From Prorocentrum cordatum (lineage: Eukaryota): a stretch of 64,000 nucleotides of DNA. Both the position numbers and the translations under genes were made by a program. The notes below the pieces were generated by a model. The model was not told the DNA's origin, ran no database searches, and saw only the letters and a program-made list of their open reading frames with translations. The stretch covers positions 434,001 to 498,000 of the forward strand of contig CAUYUJ010000037.1 of the NCBI GenBank assembly GCA_963575745.1, given 5' to 3'. Positions 39,078 through 51,700 of this stretch are shown here, one piece after another (position 1 is the stretch's first letter; each line of letters starts with the position of its first letter).

Positions 39078-41018
39078 ATGCTTGCCCGCAGGGGACCGCA
39101 CCTGCCGCGCATGCTCGCTTCGGAGAGCGACGCCGAGCTGGCAGAGCTCGCCACGTGCAGCACCGCCTGCGCGGCCCGGCCGCGGGCCGCCGTCGCAGCG
39201 CTGACCGCGGCCGCGGTGGCGCTGGTGCTCCTGGCGGTGGCAGGGCGCGGGGGAGCTCCTGCAGGAGCCGTGGCCGCCGCCTGGCCCGAGGCCATCGTCA
39301 AGGCCTCCGACAGCCGGAGCGCGTGCGTCCTCTTCGGGGGCCTGGCGGTGAGGCACGGGGCTGCGAACGCGTCCTTCTCGACGTGGGACAACAGCAGTGA
39401 CGTCACGTTCGTCTTCGAGGGGAATCTGTGGCTGGTCCAGATGGACGACGTCAAGATTCAGGCCCAGACTGGCAGGCTGAGCGACGGGCAGACGGAGTAC
39501 ACTAACGTCCTCAAAGAGATTGCCATCGGTGGCTCTGCCTTGACGGGGAACGTCCTCCACATCTCCGCGAGAGGCGTTACATGGCGTAATGCTGACGGAT
39601 CGGAGGAGTCCATCCTCAGTGACCTGGACACCGAGTTTTCGAACGAACTCGTCGAGGTAAAAAGGGATAACTCGGGGGATGTTGTCCTGCCCGATCGCAA
39701 GGACGCAGAGTTGAATGTGGTGCACGTGAGGCTACCACAATCGGTTGAGCTAGAGGTCTATCAATGGCCTGATTCCGCTGGCCACCTTATCGACGTCAAG
39801 ATCATTACGCCGTTGGAGCACACTTTTTCGGGCATTTGCGCGGATAGTACATTGCCAGGAGTAGGGGTACCCATATCAGCAAGCCTTCTCCCAGCGTCTA
39901 ATCACAGCCGCAGTTGTGCAACAAAGGAGTCTGAAGTTCCTTGGCCTTACGGGACGGGTGATTGTTTGGCATCTGAAGCACAGCTTACCAGCTACAGCGC
40001 CATTGACAATTCAATAACTTGTGGATTCTGCAGGCAAAACAAGTTCGCGAACTTTCTTGGGGATCTTGCCAAGAAGTTGAAGGAATTGAAACAAGAGGAG
40101 TGTTTTCAAGGGGTGATATACGGAGTGGCATTTGGTTCCAAGTATGAAGCGATGTTAGATACAACCGACGATGCGATTGCTCATCGGCTTCTCCAGGTTC
40201 ACCAGCGGTGTTTCTTTTATTTTGTTAATTCTGCTGCTGACTTCGTCGAGGGCGCAGCGTATTCAGATATTTCTTTAAATCGCACTTCCAAGAATGGCCT
40301 CAATATTTTGATCCCTGTGCCGACGAGCGTTTTGCCATATCAAAACATGCGGAGGAATACAAAGTTATTCAAGATGCATGGAGGTTTTGGGGTCTTCGCA
40401 TTTGCAGAGCGTCTTTACTGGCAGGATGCGAAAATGTGGGATTTCGCATTTAACCATCATTTCGATGGTGTGATGAACTATTACAAAATGTTCTTGGAGA
40501 ATGTGCACAACACTGGCGCCTGTGTCTTTTTCAGGTCCTTGTGTGACGAACAGCGTTGGTACAAGAACCATTGCGCAACAGTCTCGGCTCCAGAGTTTAC
40601 TAACACAGCCGATCACGACGAGGTTAGGAAACAATGCAGTCATTATCGACGACTCGGTACAGACAACGACCGTATTTCTTTGGACAGCGGCATGATTGAC
40701 AGCGCAGTTATTGCGTGGGATATGAGTAGCGAGCGGTGCCGCGATTTTAATACCAAGATTACGTGTACCTGGCTCGGCGAAATCGAATGCTTTGGAGATC
40801 GTGATCAAATCAGTTTCCCAGAAGTTCTCCGCGCAGTGGGCGTCTATGAACCAAGTCCGGTGAGTCCAAAAGGTGTGCAGCACAAGGATCGGCTTTTCGT
40901 TGGAGTAGATACAGCATCTCCGCTGGTTCACATTGGAAGAAGTAGCTGTCATTGGTACGTCTCGTCTCTTGACAACAACATGTTTACTTGCCCTAGTAAT
41001 CCTGATGCCGTGGCATAG
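39078..41018 (+). CDS. Intact intronless retrogene, 646 aa: N-terminal signal anchor, vWD-like domain, DUF616/TOD1/MUCI70-like glycosyltransferase domain
   Basis: First ATG after the SL relic (GCCATG). Hydrophobic anchor AAVAALTAAAVALVLLAVAG. GNLWLV...VKIQ...IAIGG resembles dinoflagellate vWD-like domains. CFFYFV, LPYQNMRRNTKLFK, YWQDAK and CTWLGEIECFGDRDQISF resemble DUF616 motifs. Confidence 0.85.
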   Translation: MLARRGPHLPRMLASESDAELAELATCSTACAARPRAAVAALTAAAVALVLLAVAGRGGAPAGAVAAAWPEAIVKASDSRSACVLFGGLAVRHGAANASFSTWDNSSDVTFVFEGNLWLVQMDDVKIQAQTGRLSDGQTEYTNVLKEIAIGGSALTGNVLHISARGVTWRNADGSEESILSDLDTEFSNELVEVKRDNSGDVVLPDRKDAELNVVHVRLPQSVELEVYQWPDSAGHLIDVKIITPLEHTFSGICADSTLPGVGVPISASLLPASNHSRSCATKESEVPWPYGTGDCLASEAQLTSYSAIDNSITCGFCRQNKFANFLGDLAKKLKELKQEECFQGVIYGVAFGSKYEAMLDTTDDAIAHRLLQVHQRCFFYFVNSAADFVEGAAYSDISLNRTSKNGLNILIPVPTSVLPYQNMRRNTKLFKMHGGFGVFAFAERLYWQDAKMWDFAFNHHFDGVMNYYKMFLENVHNTGACVFFRSLCDEQRWYKNHCATVSAPEFTNTADHDEVRKQCSHYRRLGTDNDRISLDSGMIDSAVIAWDMSSERCRDFNTKITCTWLGEIECFGDRDQISFPEVLRAVGVYEPSPVSPKGVQHKDRLFVGVDTASPLVHIGRSSCHWYVSSLDNNMFTCPSNPDAVA

Positions 41019-41905
41019 GCCATCGCTGAATCTCAATGTTTTTATGCTTTGCGCATTCCCGTCAGCCCATCCAGGACGCATGTCCAGACGAGTCGCCTGA
41101 AGCAGGCAAGTGTAGGAGGAAGCATCATTCAGCAGCCTGGGTTGTCTATGCTGTAACGGGGGGGTGTTCGCGGAGCTTTTTCAATTGGACTGTTTTTCCT
41201 TGGTCGGCTCCTGCGTGTCATCCTTGCGCGTGTCACCCTCTGTATCGGCCCCCAGGGGGCATGGATCGCCTCGCAGCAATGTCAATCTTAGTCGTAATCG
41301 ACGTTGTCACATCATGCCAGTTCGCCCCGGGCAGGAGAAAAAAAAGAAGATGTCCCAAAGACACCCTCCGAAGAATTCCAAATCGTGATCCGGTCGTTCA
41401 GGGAGACGGCGGTTGGAGGCAGGGTGGCCCGAGGAAGCCCCCGGAGGCCCCCAGAATGCGCCCAGGAGGCCTCCAGAAGGCCTTAAGAAAACCCGAAACA
41501 ACTCTTGTGATGCCATATGAAACGTGTGAAGGAGTGTTCCAAAATCGGGCGGCGCAGTCGTGCAGAAGACTGCGCCACTGGGACCATGGGTGGAGCTCCC
41601 CATGATGCCATGAAACGTGAGAGGGGTGTGCCAAAATGGGGCGGCGCAGCCATGCGGACTGCGCCACTGGGACCCTAGGTGGAGCCCCAGATGTCGCCAA
41701 GAAACGTGTGAGGGGTGTGCGAAAATGCGGCGGCGCCGCCATGCGAACTGCGCCACTGGGGTCTTGGGTGGAGTTCGCTATGGTGCCACGAAACGTGTGA
41801 GGGGTGTGACGAGGACGATTATGGTGATGATGACGACGATGGTGATGATGGTGATGATGACGGACATGATGATGATGACGATGATGACGACGACGGCCAT
41901 GATGT

Positions 41906-41938
<33 letters not shown>

Positions 41939-42831
41939 CGACGACGATCACGTGCACGATGACGATGATGACAATGATAATGATGGGAAGGGGGAGGGAG
42001 GAGTGGGAGGAGGAGAGGAGGAGGAGGACGCGGGGCGCTGTTTCTTCAAAACGAGGACCCCAAACCGCAGGATGGTTGGGAAAAAGTCAGCGTGCGAGTA
42101 CGATGACGACGACAGCGCACTGGACAATGAAGACGTCGGAGGCCTCAGCAGTGGCCGCCGCGGGGGGATGCTTATTTTCCCTGTATTATTGTCGGTCTTA
42201 TTTGTTCCATACCCCCGCGCAAAAAGACTCATTGATTCTTCATGTGTGTGTATATATATATATATAGATTCTCCTCTTCCTATCTTTTGTATAAGCCCGG
42301 GTGGGGGGAAAACCCATCACCCCCCCCTCCAAAACCGGACTCCCGGGACCTGGGGCTTTGGGGCCCTCCGGACGGGCCTCGAAGTGGCCACCGGGCCTCG
42401 CAAGGTGTTTTGCCAAGCCTTCCCAGCACACTTAGGGCGATCAGGGGGTCATCGGAGACGTCAAGGATCCCCAAGACAGCACAAGAGCGCTCCAAGAGTG
42501 ACCGACGTGACCTCAAGATGGCCCAAGAGGCCTCCAGGACGGCCCCAAAGAGGCCTCCAAGAGCACTCCCAAGAAGGCCCCCCGAGGCAAAAATCATTGA
42601 TTTTCTGTGCGTTTTGGTGAATTTTGGGGCTCTCCTCTTTTCGGCTTCCCGACGCTCCAAGACGGCGGTCTTCTGGGCGTCCGAAGCCGCCTGGGAGGCT
42701 CCCAAATCGCCTCACAACCATCCGAAAGGGCTTCCAGGCAGCCCAAGAGAGCCCCAAAACGGCCAAACACGGGTCCAAGATGGCCCTCAGAGAGCCCCAT
42801 GGCGGCCAAAGATGTCCCAAAGACACCCTCC

Positions 42832-42868
42832 TCCAGCGCCATTTTGGCTCAAGCCGCGTTGGCTCACG
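42832..42868 (+). other. DinoSL relic plus nested relic, copy 3
   Basis: Same sequence, after the 5' TSD (42809-42831). Confidence 0.92.
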
Positions 42869-42948
42869 GCGCGGAGTCGGGCCAGCGCTCAAAGCCGGCT
42901 CGTTCCCGTCACCCTCCTCAGTCCTCCCCTCTCCCGCCTGGCCGCGCC

Positions 42949-44889
42949 ATGCTTGCCCGCAGGGGACCGCACTTGCCGCGCATGCTCGCTTCGGAGAGCG
43001 ACGCCGAGCTGGCAGAGCTCGCCACGTGCAGCACCGCCTGCGCGGCCCGGCCGCGGGCCGCCGTCGCAGCGCTGACCGCGGCCGCGGTGGCGCTGGTGCT
43101 CCTGGCGGTGGCAGGGCGCGGGGGAGCTCCTGCAGGAGCCGTGGCCGCCGCCTGGCCCGAGGCCATCGTCAAGGCCTCCGACAGCCGGAGCGCGTGCGTC
43201 CTCTTCGGGGGCCTGGCGGTGAGGCACGGGGCTGCGAACGCGTCCTTCTCGACGTGGGACAACAGCAGTGACGTCACGTTCGTCTTCGAGGGGAATCTGT
43301 GGCTGGTCCAGATGGACGACGTCAAGATTCAGGCCCAGACTGGCAGGCTGAGCGACGGGCAGACGGAGTACACTAACGTCCTCAAAGAGATTGCCATCGG
43401 TGGCTCTGCCTTGACGGGGAACGTCCTCCACATCTCCGCGAGAGGCGTTACATGGCGTAATGCTGACGGATCGGAGGAGTCCATCCTCAGTGACCTGGAC
43501 ACCGAGTTTTCGAACGAACTCGTCGAGGCAAAAAGGGATAACTCGGGGGATGTTGTCCTGCCCGATCGCAAGGACGCCGAGTTGAATGTGGTGCACGTGA
43601 GGCTACCACAATCGGTTGAGCTAGAGGTCTATCAATGGCCTGATTCCGCTGGCCACCTTATCGACGTCAAGATCATTACGCCGTTGGAGCACACTTTTTC
43701 GGGCATTTGCGCGGATAGTACATTGCCAGGAGTAGGGGTACCCATATCAGCAAGCCTTCTCCCAGCGTCTAATCACAGCCGCAGTTGTGCAACAAAGGAG
43801 TCTGAAGTTCCTTGGCCTTACGGGACGGGTGATTGTTTGGCATCTGAAGCACAGCTTACCAGCTACAGCGCCATTGACAGTTCAATAACTTGTGGATTCT
43901 GCAGGCAAAACAAGTTCGCGAACTTTCTTGGGGATCTTGCCAAGAAGTTCAAGGAATTGAAACAAGAGGAGTGTTTTCAAGGGGTGATATACGGAGTGGC
44001 ATTTGGTTCTAAGTATGAAGCGATGTTAGATACAACCGGCGATGCGATTGCTCATCGGCTTCTCCAGGTTCACCAGCGGTGTTTCTTTTATTTTGTTACT
44101 TCTGCTGCTGACTTCGTCGAGGGCGCAGCGTATTCAGATATTTCTTTAAATCGCACTTCCAAGAATGGCCTCAATATTTTGATCCCTGTGCCGAAGAGCG
44201 TTTTGCCATATCAGAACATGCGGAGGAATACAAAGTTATTCAAGATGCATTGAGGTTTTGGGGTCTTCGCATTTGCAGAGCGTCTTTACTGGCAGGATGC
44301 GAAAATGTGGGATTTCGCATCTAACCATAATTTCGCTGGTGTGATGAACTATTACAAAATGTTCTTGGAGAATGTGCACAACACTGGCGCCTGTGTCTTT
44401 TTCAGGTCCTTGTGTGACGAACAGCGTTGGTACAAGAACCATTGCGCAACAGTCTCGGCTCCAGAGTTTACTAACACAGCCGACCACGACGAGGTTCGGA
44501 AACAATGCAGTCATTATCGACGACTCGGTACAGACAACGACCGTATTTCTTTGGACAGCGGCATGATTGACAGCGCAGTTATTGCGTGGGATATGAGTAG
44601 CGAGCGGTGCCGCGATTTTAATACCAAGATTACGTGTACCTGGCTCGGCGAAATCGAATGCTGTGGAGATCGTGATCAAATCAGTTTCCCAGAAGTTCTC
44701 CGCGCAGTGGGCGTCTATGAACCAAGTCTGGTGAGTCCAAAAGGTGTGCAGCACAAGGATCGGCTTTTCGTTGGAGTAGATACAGCATCTCCGCTGGTTC
44801 ACATTGGAAGAAGTAGCTGTCATTGGTACGTCTCGTCTCTTGACAACAACATGTTTACTTGCCCTAGTAAACCTGATGCCGTGGCATAG
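42949..44889 (+). pseudogene. Retrogene copy 3 with premature stop (GGA>TGA at 44251-44253)
   Basis: ATGCATTGA here versus ATGCATGGA in copies 1 and 2; downstream coding continues in frame to 44889. Confidence 0.88.
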
Positions 44890-45607
44890 TCCATCGCTGA
44901 ATCTCAATGTTTTTATGCTTTGCGCATTCCCGTCAGCCCATCCAGGACGCATGTCCAGACGAGTCGCCTGAAGCAGGCAAGTGTAGGAGGAAGCATCATT
45001 CAGCAGCCTGGATTGTCTGTGCTGTAACGGGGGGGTGTTCGCGGAGCTTTTTCAATTGGACTGTTTTTCCTTGGTCGGCTCCTGCATGTCATCCTTGCGC
45101 GTGTCACCCTCTGTATCGGTCTCCAGGGGGCATGGAGCGCCTCGCAGCAATGTCAATCTTAGTCGTAATCGACGTTGTCACATTATGCCAGTTCGCCCCG
45201 GGCAGGAGAAAAAAACAGAAGATGTCCCAAAGACACCCTCCGAAGAATTCCAAATCGAGATCCGGTCGTTCAGGGAGACGGCGGTTGGAGGCAGGGTGGC
45301 CCGAGGAAGCCCCCGGAGGCCCCCAGAATGCGCCCAGGAGGCCTCCAGAAGGCCTTAAGAAAACCCGAAACAACTTTTGTGAGCCCCCTAGAGGCTCTCC
45401 AAGGAGGAGCCTCCGCAAAAAAGAGCTGAGGATGGGGAGAATGCGCAGTGTATGGCGAAACAAATGAAACATATGCATGGAGTAAGGATAACGAATAAGG
45501 CAACCAGAAGTTATCGCTAAATTGTCGGCTTGACCTTCTTGCCATTCCGCCTGCATACCAAACTTCAAGGACCAAGGTTTATGGCGCGAAGCGCCACTGC
45601 AGTCTTG

Positions 45608-45662
45608 TATCTATATATATATATATATACATATACAAACATATATATATATATATATATAC

Positions 45663-45716
<54 letters not shown>
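45608..45716. repeat. (TA)n/(TG)n microsatellite
   Basis: Seen directly. Confidence 0.95.
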
Positions 45717-45779
45717 ATCCCTGGGGGCGAGGCCGGGGGCCCCAGGACAGGTGCCTCGACCCCCCATGGCGGGACGGGG

Positions 45780-48700
45780 GGGCCTGGAGCCTCCCTGGAG
45801 CAGCCCAGGCGGCCCAAGAGTGCCCCAAGAGCGCTCCACGGCAGGCCCAGCAGGCCCCAAGAGGGCCAAGAGGGCGCCAAGAGGGCTCCAAGATGCCCAA
45901 GATAAGCCCAAGACGGCCCCAAGAGGCCCCCAAGACGCTCCAAGAGGCCTCCAAGAGGCCCCCCCAAAGGGCCCCAAGAGTCCAACATCGCTAATTTTAC
46001 GAAGGTTTTGGACACAGTTTACCTTTCCCGCCTTTTCAGCTTTCCGACGCTCCACGACGGCTCAAAGGCCCCCCGCGGACGCCCCAAGACAGCCCAAGAT
46101 GCCTCCAAGAGGGGCTCAAGAGGGCTCTGGAGTGCCCCAAGACGGCCCAAGACGCGCCCAAGACGGGCGAAGAGAGGCCCAAGACGGCCCCAAGAGGGGA
46201 ACCGCGAACCGGAAATTCGAAGTTCCCGCCTCCACAGGGCCCCGAGAGGCCCCAAAGGGGCGCCAAGAGGCCCCAGGAGACCCCCAAGATAAACCCAAGA
46301 CGGCCAAAGAGGCCCCGAAGACGCTCCAAGAGGCCTCCAAGAGGCCTCCCCAGAGGGCCCCAAGAGGCCAAAATCGTTAATTTTACGTAGGTTTTGGACA
46401 CATTTTGCCTTTCCCGCCTTTGCAGCTTTCCGACGCTCCACGACGGCTCACAGGCCCCCCGCGGACGCCCCAAGACAGCCCAAGAGGCTTCCAAGAGGGG
46501 CTCAAGAGGGCTCTGGAGGGCCCCAAGACGGCCCAAGACGCGCCCAAGACGGGCGAAGAGAGGTCCAAGACAGCCCCAAGAGGGCCCCAAGAGGGGAACT
46601 GCGAACCAGAAATTCGAGCCGGGCCCCAAGAGGCCCCAGGAGACCCCCAAGGTAAACCCAACACGGCCAAAGAGGCCCCCAAGACGCTCCAAGAGGCCTC
46701 CAAGAGGCCGCCCCCCCAGAGAGCTCCAAGAGGCCAAAATAGTTAATTTTACAACGGTTTTGGATACATTTTGCCTTTCCCGCCTTTTCAGCTTTCCGAC
46801 GCTCCACGACGGCTCACAGGCCCCCCGCGGACGCCCAACGACAGCCCAAGAGGCCTCCAAGAGGCCTTCAAGACGGCTCTGGAGGGCCCCAAGACGGCCC
46901 AAGACGCGCCCACGACGGGCGAAGAGAGGCCCAAGACGGCACCAAGAGGGCTCCAAGAGGAGAGCCGCGAACCGGAAATTCGAGCCTCCCGCCTCCACAG
47001 GGCCCCGGGAGGCCCCAAAGGGGACACAAGAGGCCCCAGGAGACCCCCCAGAGGCACCCAGGAGGCCCGAACGAGGCTTCACGAGGCTCCCAAACAGCCC
47101 CGAGGAACCTTACAACGGACGGTGCGGACGAGCCGATTTTCGGACCGCCGCCGCCGCCGGTCCAAGAAAACGGCCTCCTGGACGCCATGCGCGCCGTGGC
47201 CCTCCTGCGGTGGCACATCCCGCCCCGGGCCAGCGCAGAGGCCCTCGGATCCCAGAGAGAATTCTCCGTCGTCGGCCGTGTCGCGGGGTCGGCGTCGTCG
47301 TCGTCGACGCCGTCCCCGCCCCGGTCGCCCCTCGGCACCGCGCTCGCCCCTTCGACTTCTCGGCTCGCCTCCCGCCGATGTTCTTGTTGCCCTTCGACTT
47401 TCGGAGGCTCCTCCGGGGGTCCTGGGTCCAGTGCTCCGGCCTCTCCAGAGCGCTTCAAGTGGCCGAAATCGGTAATTTTTCAAAGGTTTTGGAGAGATTT
47501 AGCCTTTTCGGCTGTCCGACATTCCAAGACGGCCCAATAGGCCCCCAAGAGCGCCCAAAGACGGCCCAAGAGGGCCCCCAGACGACCCCAGAAGCGCCCA
47601 AGACAGCCCAAGAGAGCCCCAAGACGGCCCCAAGATGCGCCCAAGCGGGAACCACGAATCCAAAATTCGACCCTCCCGCTTGAAGAGTGCCCCAGGAGGC
47701 CCCAAGGAGCCCCCAAGAGGCCCCAGGAGGCCCCCCTGTTGCGGGGGGGGTAGATGCAGTACCGTTGTCTAGGCCAATGTCCAGGGCAGTCCTGGTCCAC
47801 GAAGCTGGCGCCACAAACAAGGAGCTGCGTGTTGAGCACGGTGAAGCACTCGCGTGCAGGTGTACAGAAGCCCCGCCGCCTTCTGAGAAGGCCTGCCCCC
47901 TCTCCCACTTTCCCCCGCAGGCGCGCCGCCTCACTATACATCCATCTATCCATAGTCCCACACTCCCAGATAATTCGCATCCGTGCGGCCCTTCATCCAT
48001 GCCCGCGCGTGCCCATAGCTGCGTGGACCTGCATGCGTTCAGAGTTTTATACTTCCACTCCTCCGTGCTCTCCTCTTATCTATTCCATCGTTCCTCCATA
48101 CATCCATACCTCCATCTCCGTACCTGCTCTGCGCAAGCTTTCTGCGCAACTTGACTGGCTGGCATGCGTTTGTCTTGTCGCCTGTTGGAGTTGGTTAATG
48201 CGCAAGCAACCTGCGCAACCTGCCTGGCTGGCATGCGTTTGGCTGGTAATATTCTAACGCCCTCTCTGCGTAGTGCGGCCTAATTGGCTAAAGTTTGTCG
48301 CTTCATTCGCGTCCGCGCGACTGGAAGGGGGAAAAAAAAAGAGGCCCCAGGAGGCCCCCGAGAGGCACCCAGGAGGCCCAAACGAGGCTTCAAAAGGCCA
48401 CAAAACAGCCCCGAGGAGGCCCCACTACGGCCCCAAAACGGTCACCGAGAATATGCGAAACTGCGTTCACGACGTTCCCGACAGGCCAACCACGAGATCC
48501 AAACCAACACCCATGAGGCCTCTGACCCACCACCTAGGGCACCCGCCGCCCGTTCGCCGTCCGCGTAGCACGCACCACTCTGTACTCAACAGCTTCAGTC
48601 TTCAAGACAACACCCTGTAGTCAACAGCCCCCGCCTTCAAGGCAACAACCTGTGCTCAACAAGCTCCCGCTGCAAGAGAGCACCCTTAAGGAATCTATTC

Positions 48701-51700
48701 AAATCCCGACCCGCCCGCCCGCCCGCCACCCGCCCGCCCGCCGCCCGCCTGGCCGCTCGCCCGCCTTCCGCGTAGCACGCGCCACCCTGCACTCAACAGC
48801 CTCCGCCTCCAAGACAACACCTAGCATTCAACAGCCCCCAGCGCTCCCGGGACTGCCCAGGTCCGCTCCCAAACGCGCCACGACACGCCAAGAGGGCCCT
48901 AAAGCTTGCCAAGACAGCCTCAAGAGGCCCCGGACACGCCGAAGATGGCCTCAGGACGGCCGACGACGCCGCCGAAACGCCCCAAGAGCGCCTCCAGAGG
49001 CCCCTCCACAGGGCCCTGCATTTTTGCGCTATCGCATGTTCCGCCTCCCCACGGTCCCGGACGGCGTCAGAGGCCGTTCAGATCGCTCCAAGACGGACGA
49101 AGAGGCTCCCAAGAAAGACCAGAGACGGCCCAGGAGGCTCCCCAGTTAATTCAACAGGGCTTCGGGAGCGCCCCAAGAGAGCCCCAAGAGCGACCCAAGA
49201 GGGCCCGAAGAGCGCGACATTTCAAGGTCTCCAGCCTGGGAGGCTCCTAGGACGCCCCCGGAGGCCATCAAGAGGCTCCCAAGAAGCCCCGTGAGGCTCC
49301 CAAGAGGCCCCCCGGAAGCCCCAATGAGTTCCCAGGGGCCCCAGGGAGGCCCGCTGCGGGCCCCCAAGAGACTTCGGTAAATCGTATTTCCCAGAGCTTT
49401 CCGGGAACATGATTCCTTGGGCTTCCGTCCACCGCCCCAACCATGTTTCCAATAGGCTCGCCGACAAGGCCAAAAAGGGCACCTCGGTAAGCCCCCAGAG
49501 GCCCCCCTGTTAGGAGAGCCGAACAAATCATGTTCCCGGAAAGCTTCCCGGGAACATGATTCTCGGGTTGCTGCCTTCTCCCCAAACCATGTTCCCTAAA
49601 CGCCCGCCAGGATAAAAACACGAGAGCCCCAAGCAGCGATACCTGCCGCCACGCTCGGAAACGCGTCCGAAGCCTCCGGAGGCGCCCAACGACACCCCAA
49701 CAAATCATGTTCCCAGGAAGTCTTACGGTCAGTGCCGCCGACGTTGAAGGAGGACGGTCCAGGACACCCAGATATCTCCCAAACAGGCTTCCAAGAGGGC
49801 GCCGAGACAGCCCAGGGCCGCCCCCACACGGCCCAAGAAAGCCCCAAGACAAACGAAAAGGGCCGCAAGAGGCCCCCAGGAGGCCCCGAAACGAGGACAT
49901 ATCGCTCGAACGCGCCCAAGATGGCCCCCAGACGGCCCACAAGGCTTCCAACACGGCCCAAAGGGACGCCAAAATCATTGATTGTCCAAGACACCCCCCG
50001 AGGGCGCCGAGACGGCCCACGAGGGCGCCGAGACGGCCCAGGGACGCCCTGCCGCGGGCACGAGGTGGGGCCCGGGATGGGGCCCTCGCGCCGGGAGGCC
50101 CGGGGGCCCTGCCGTGGCGCTGGGGGCCTTGTAAAGTCGCCAGAAGACGGCCCTGGATTGCCAGAAATGGCGTTTCCAGACAACGAACACGACCAATGAC
50201 CGCCCGAGATCACCCCAAAATTGGTCCCTGACTGTCCAAGAGGCTTCCAAGACGCCCCAAGAGGTCTCCAAGATGGCTCCCAAGGAGCCCCAGGAGGCAC
50301 AACTAATTTGTTTTCCTTTGGTTGTTGATCGATTTTCGAGTTCTCGCCTTTTGAGTTTCCTGACTCCCCACGACGGCCCAAAAGGCTTCAATTTCCGCTC
50401 CAAGGCATCCCCAGAGGCCTCGAAGACGGTCTCAAGACAGCCCACGGGGGTCCCAAGACGGCGCCAGAGGCGTCCAAGGCGGAGCGAGAGGGCCCCAACA
50501 CGGCCCCAAGATGGAGGGTTGACACGACCCGAAAATCCGAGTCTTCCATCCCGAGAGGCTCTCAGGAGGCCCCGAGAAGCCCTAACTGGCTCCAAGAGGC
50601 CCCAAGAAGCCCCCCCAGGGGGCCGAAGCGTATCCAAGAGGCCTCCCACGAAGGCCCCAAGAGGCACAAATCCATGTCTTGCCGTAGGTGTTTGATTGAT
50701 GTTAGAGTTTTCAGCCTTTTGGCGTCCTGACGCTCCAAGACGGCCCAAAAGGCCTCCAAGACCAATCCGAGATAGCCCACGAGGCCTCCAACAGGGCCCA
50801 AGACATCCCGAGAGGGCACCAATACGGCCCCAAGGGGGGCCCAAGAGGGGTAAGACGAACCGAAAATCCGAACCTTCCACCCCGAGAGGCTCTCAGGAAG
50901 CCCCAGAGGCCCCCAAATGGGACCCAAGAGGCCCTCAAGAAGCTCCCCAGAAGGCCGAAGAGGTTCCAAGAAGCAATGTTTTCCCATCGGCTTTTGATGG
51001 ATTTTAAAGTTCCCAGCCTTTTGGCTTCCCGACGCTCCAAGACGGCCCAAGAGGCCCCCAAGACTGCAGAGGCCTCCAAGAGGGCCCCAAGACGGCCCAC
51101 GAGGGCCCCAAGACGGTGCCCGAGGTGCCCAAGACGGCCCGAGAGGGCCCTAAGAGGGCCCCAAGAGAGCCCCAAGAAGGTGAGCGTGAACCCAACAGCA
51201 GAGCCTTTCGCCCTGAGAGGCCCACAGGAGGCCCCAAGAGTCCCCAAGTGGTTCGACGAGGCCCACCAAAGCCCCCCACCAGGCCACAAAAGGCTCACAG
51301 GAGACGTACACGGGGCCAATCAAAATTGCTTCAAGGAGGCCCTGGGAGGCTTCCGGATTGCCCCAATGTGGCCTCAAGCCGGGCCTCTACGCAGCCAAGA
51401 CGGCCAATTGTCTGCTTCAGGCTGCAGAACATCACTTTCCGACTGCCCGGAGAACCCTGACGATGCCCCCAAGGAACCCCAAGAAGCCCCAAGATGCCCC
51501 CCGAGAAGCACCCAAGATGTGCCTGCAACAGCCAATTGAGGAAGCATGGAGGGCCCCCCAGAAGCCCTTCAGATGCCCCGACGAAGACCCAAGAGGTTTC
51601 CAAGAGGCCCTCAGGAGGCACGACTATGTCACGCGCCTGTGCTTGATAGCGCTGTCCAAGATCATCAAGCGCGCCCCTGGCCTGGGCTAGAACCTGAGCG

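Larger units (their letters stand above)
33937..45382 (+). repeat. Three-copy tandem gene array, unit ~3.8 kb (33937-37693, 37694-41510, 41511-45382)
   Basis: Near-identical units; junction CAACTCTTGTGA|TGCCATATG at 37693/37694 and 41510/41511. Confidence 0.97.

Noticed and set aside
47760..47880. Possible minus-strand exon (ECFTVLNTQLLVCGASFVDQDC), with similar candidates at ~53000-53120 and ~57525-57645
   Set aside because: Codon-like, but no recognisable domain or verifiable splice chain without transcript data.
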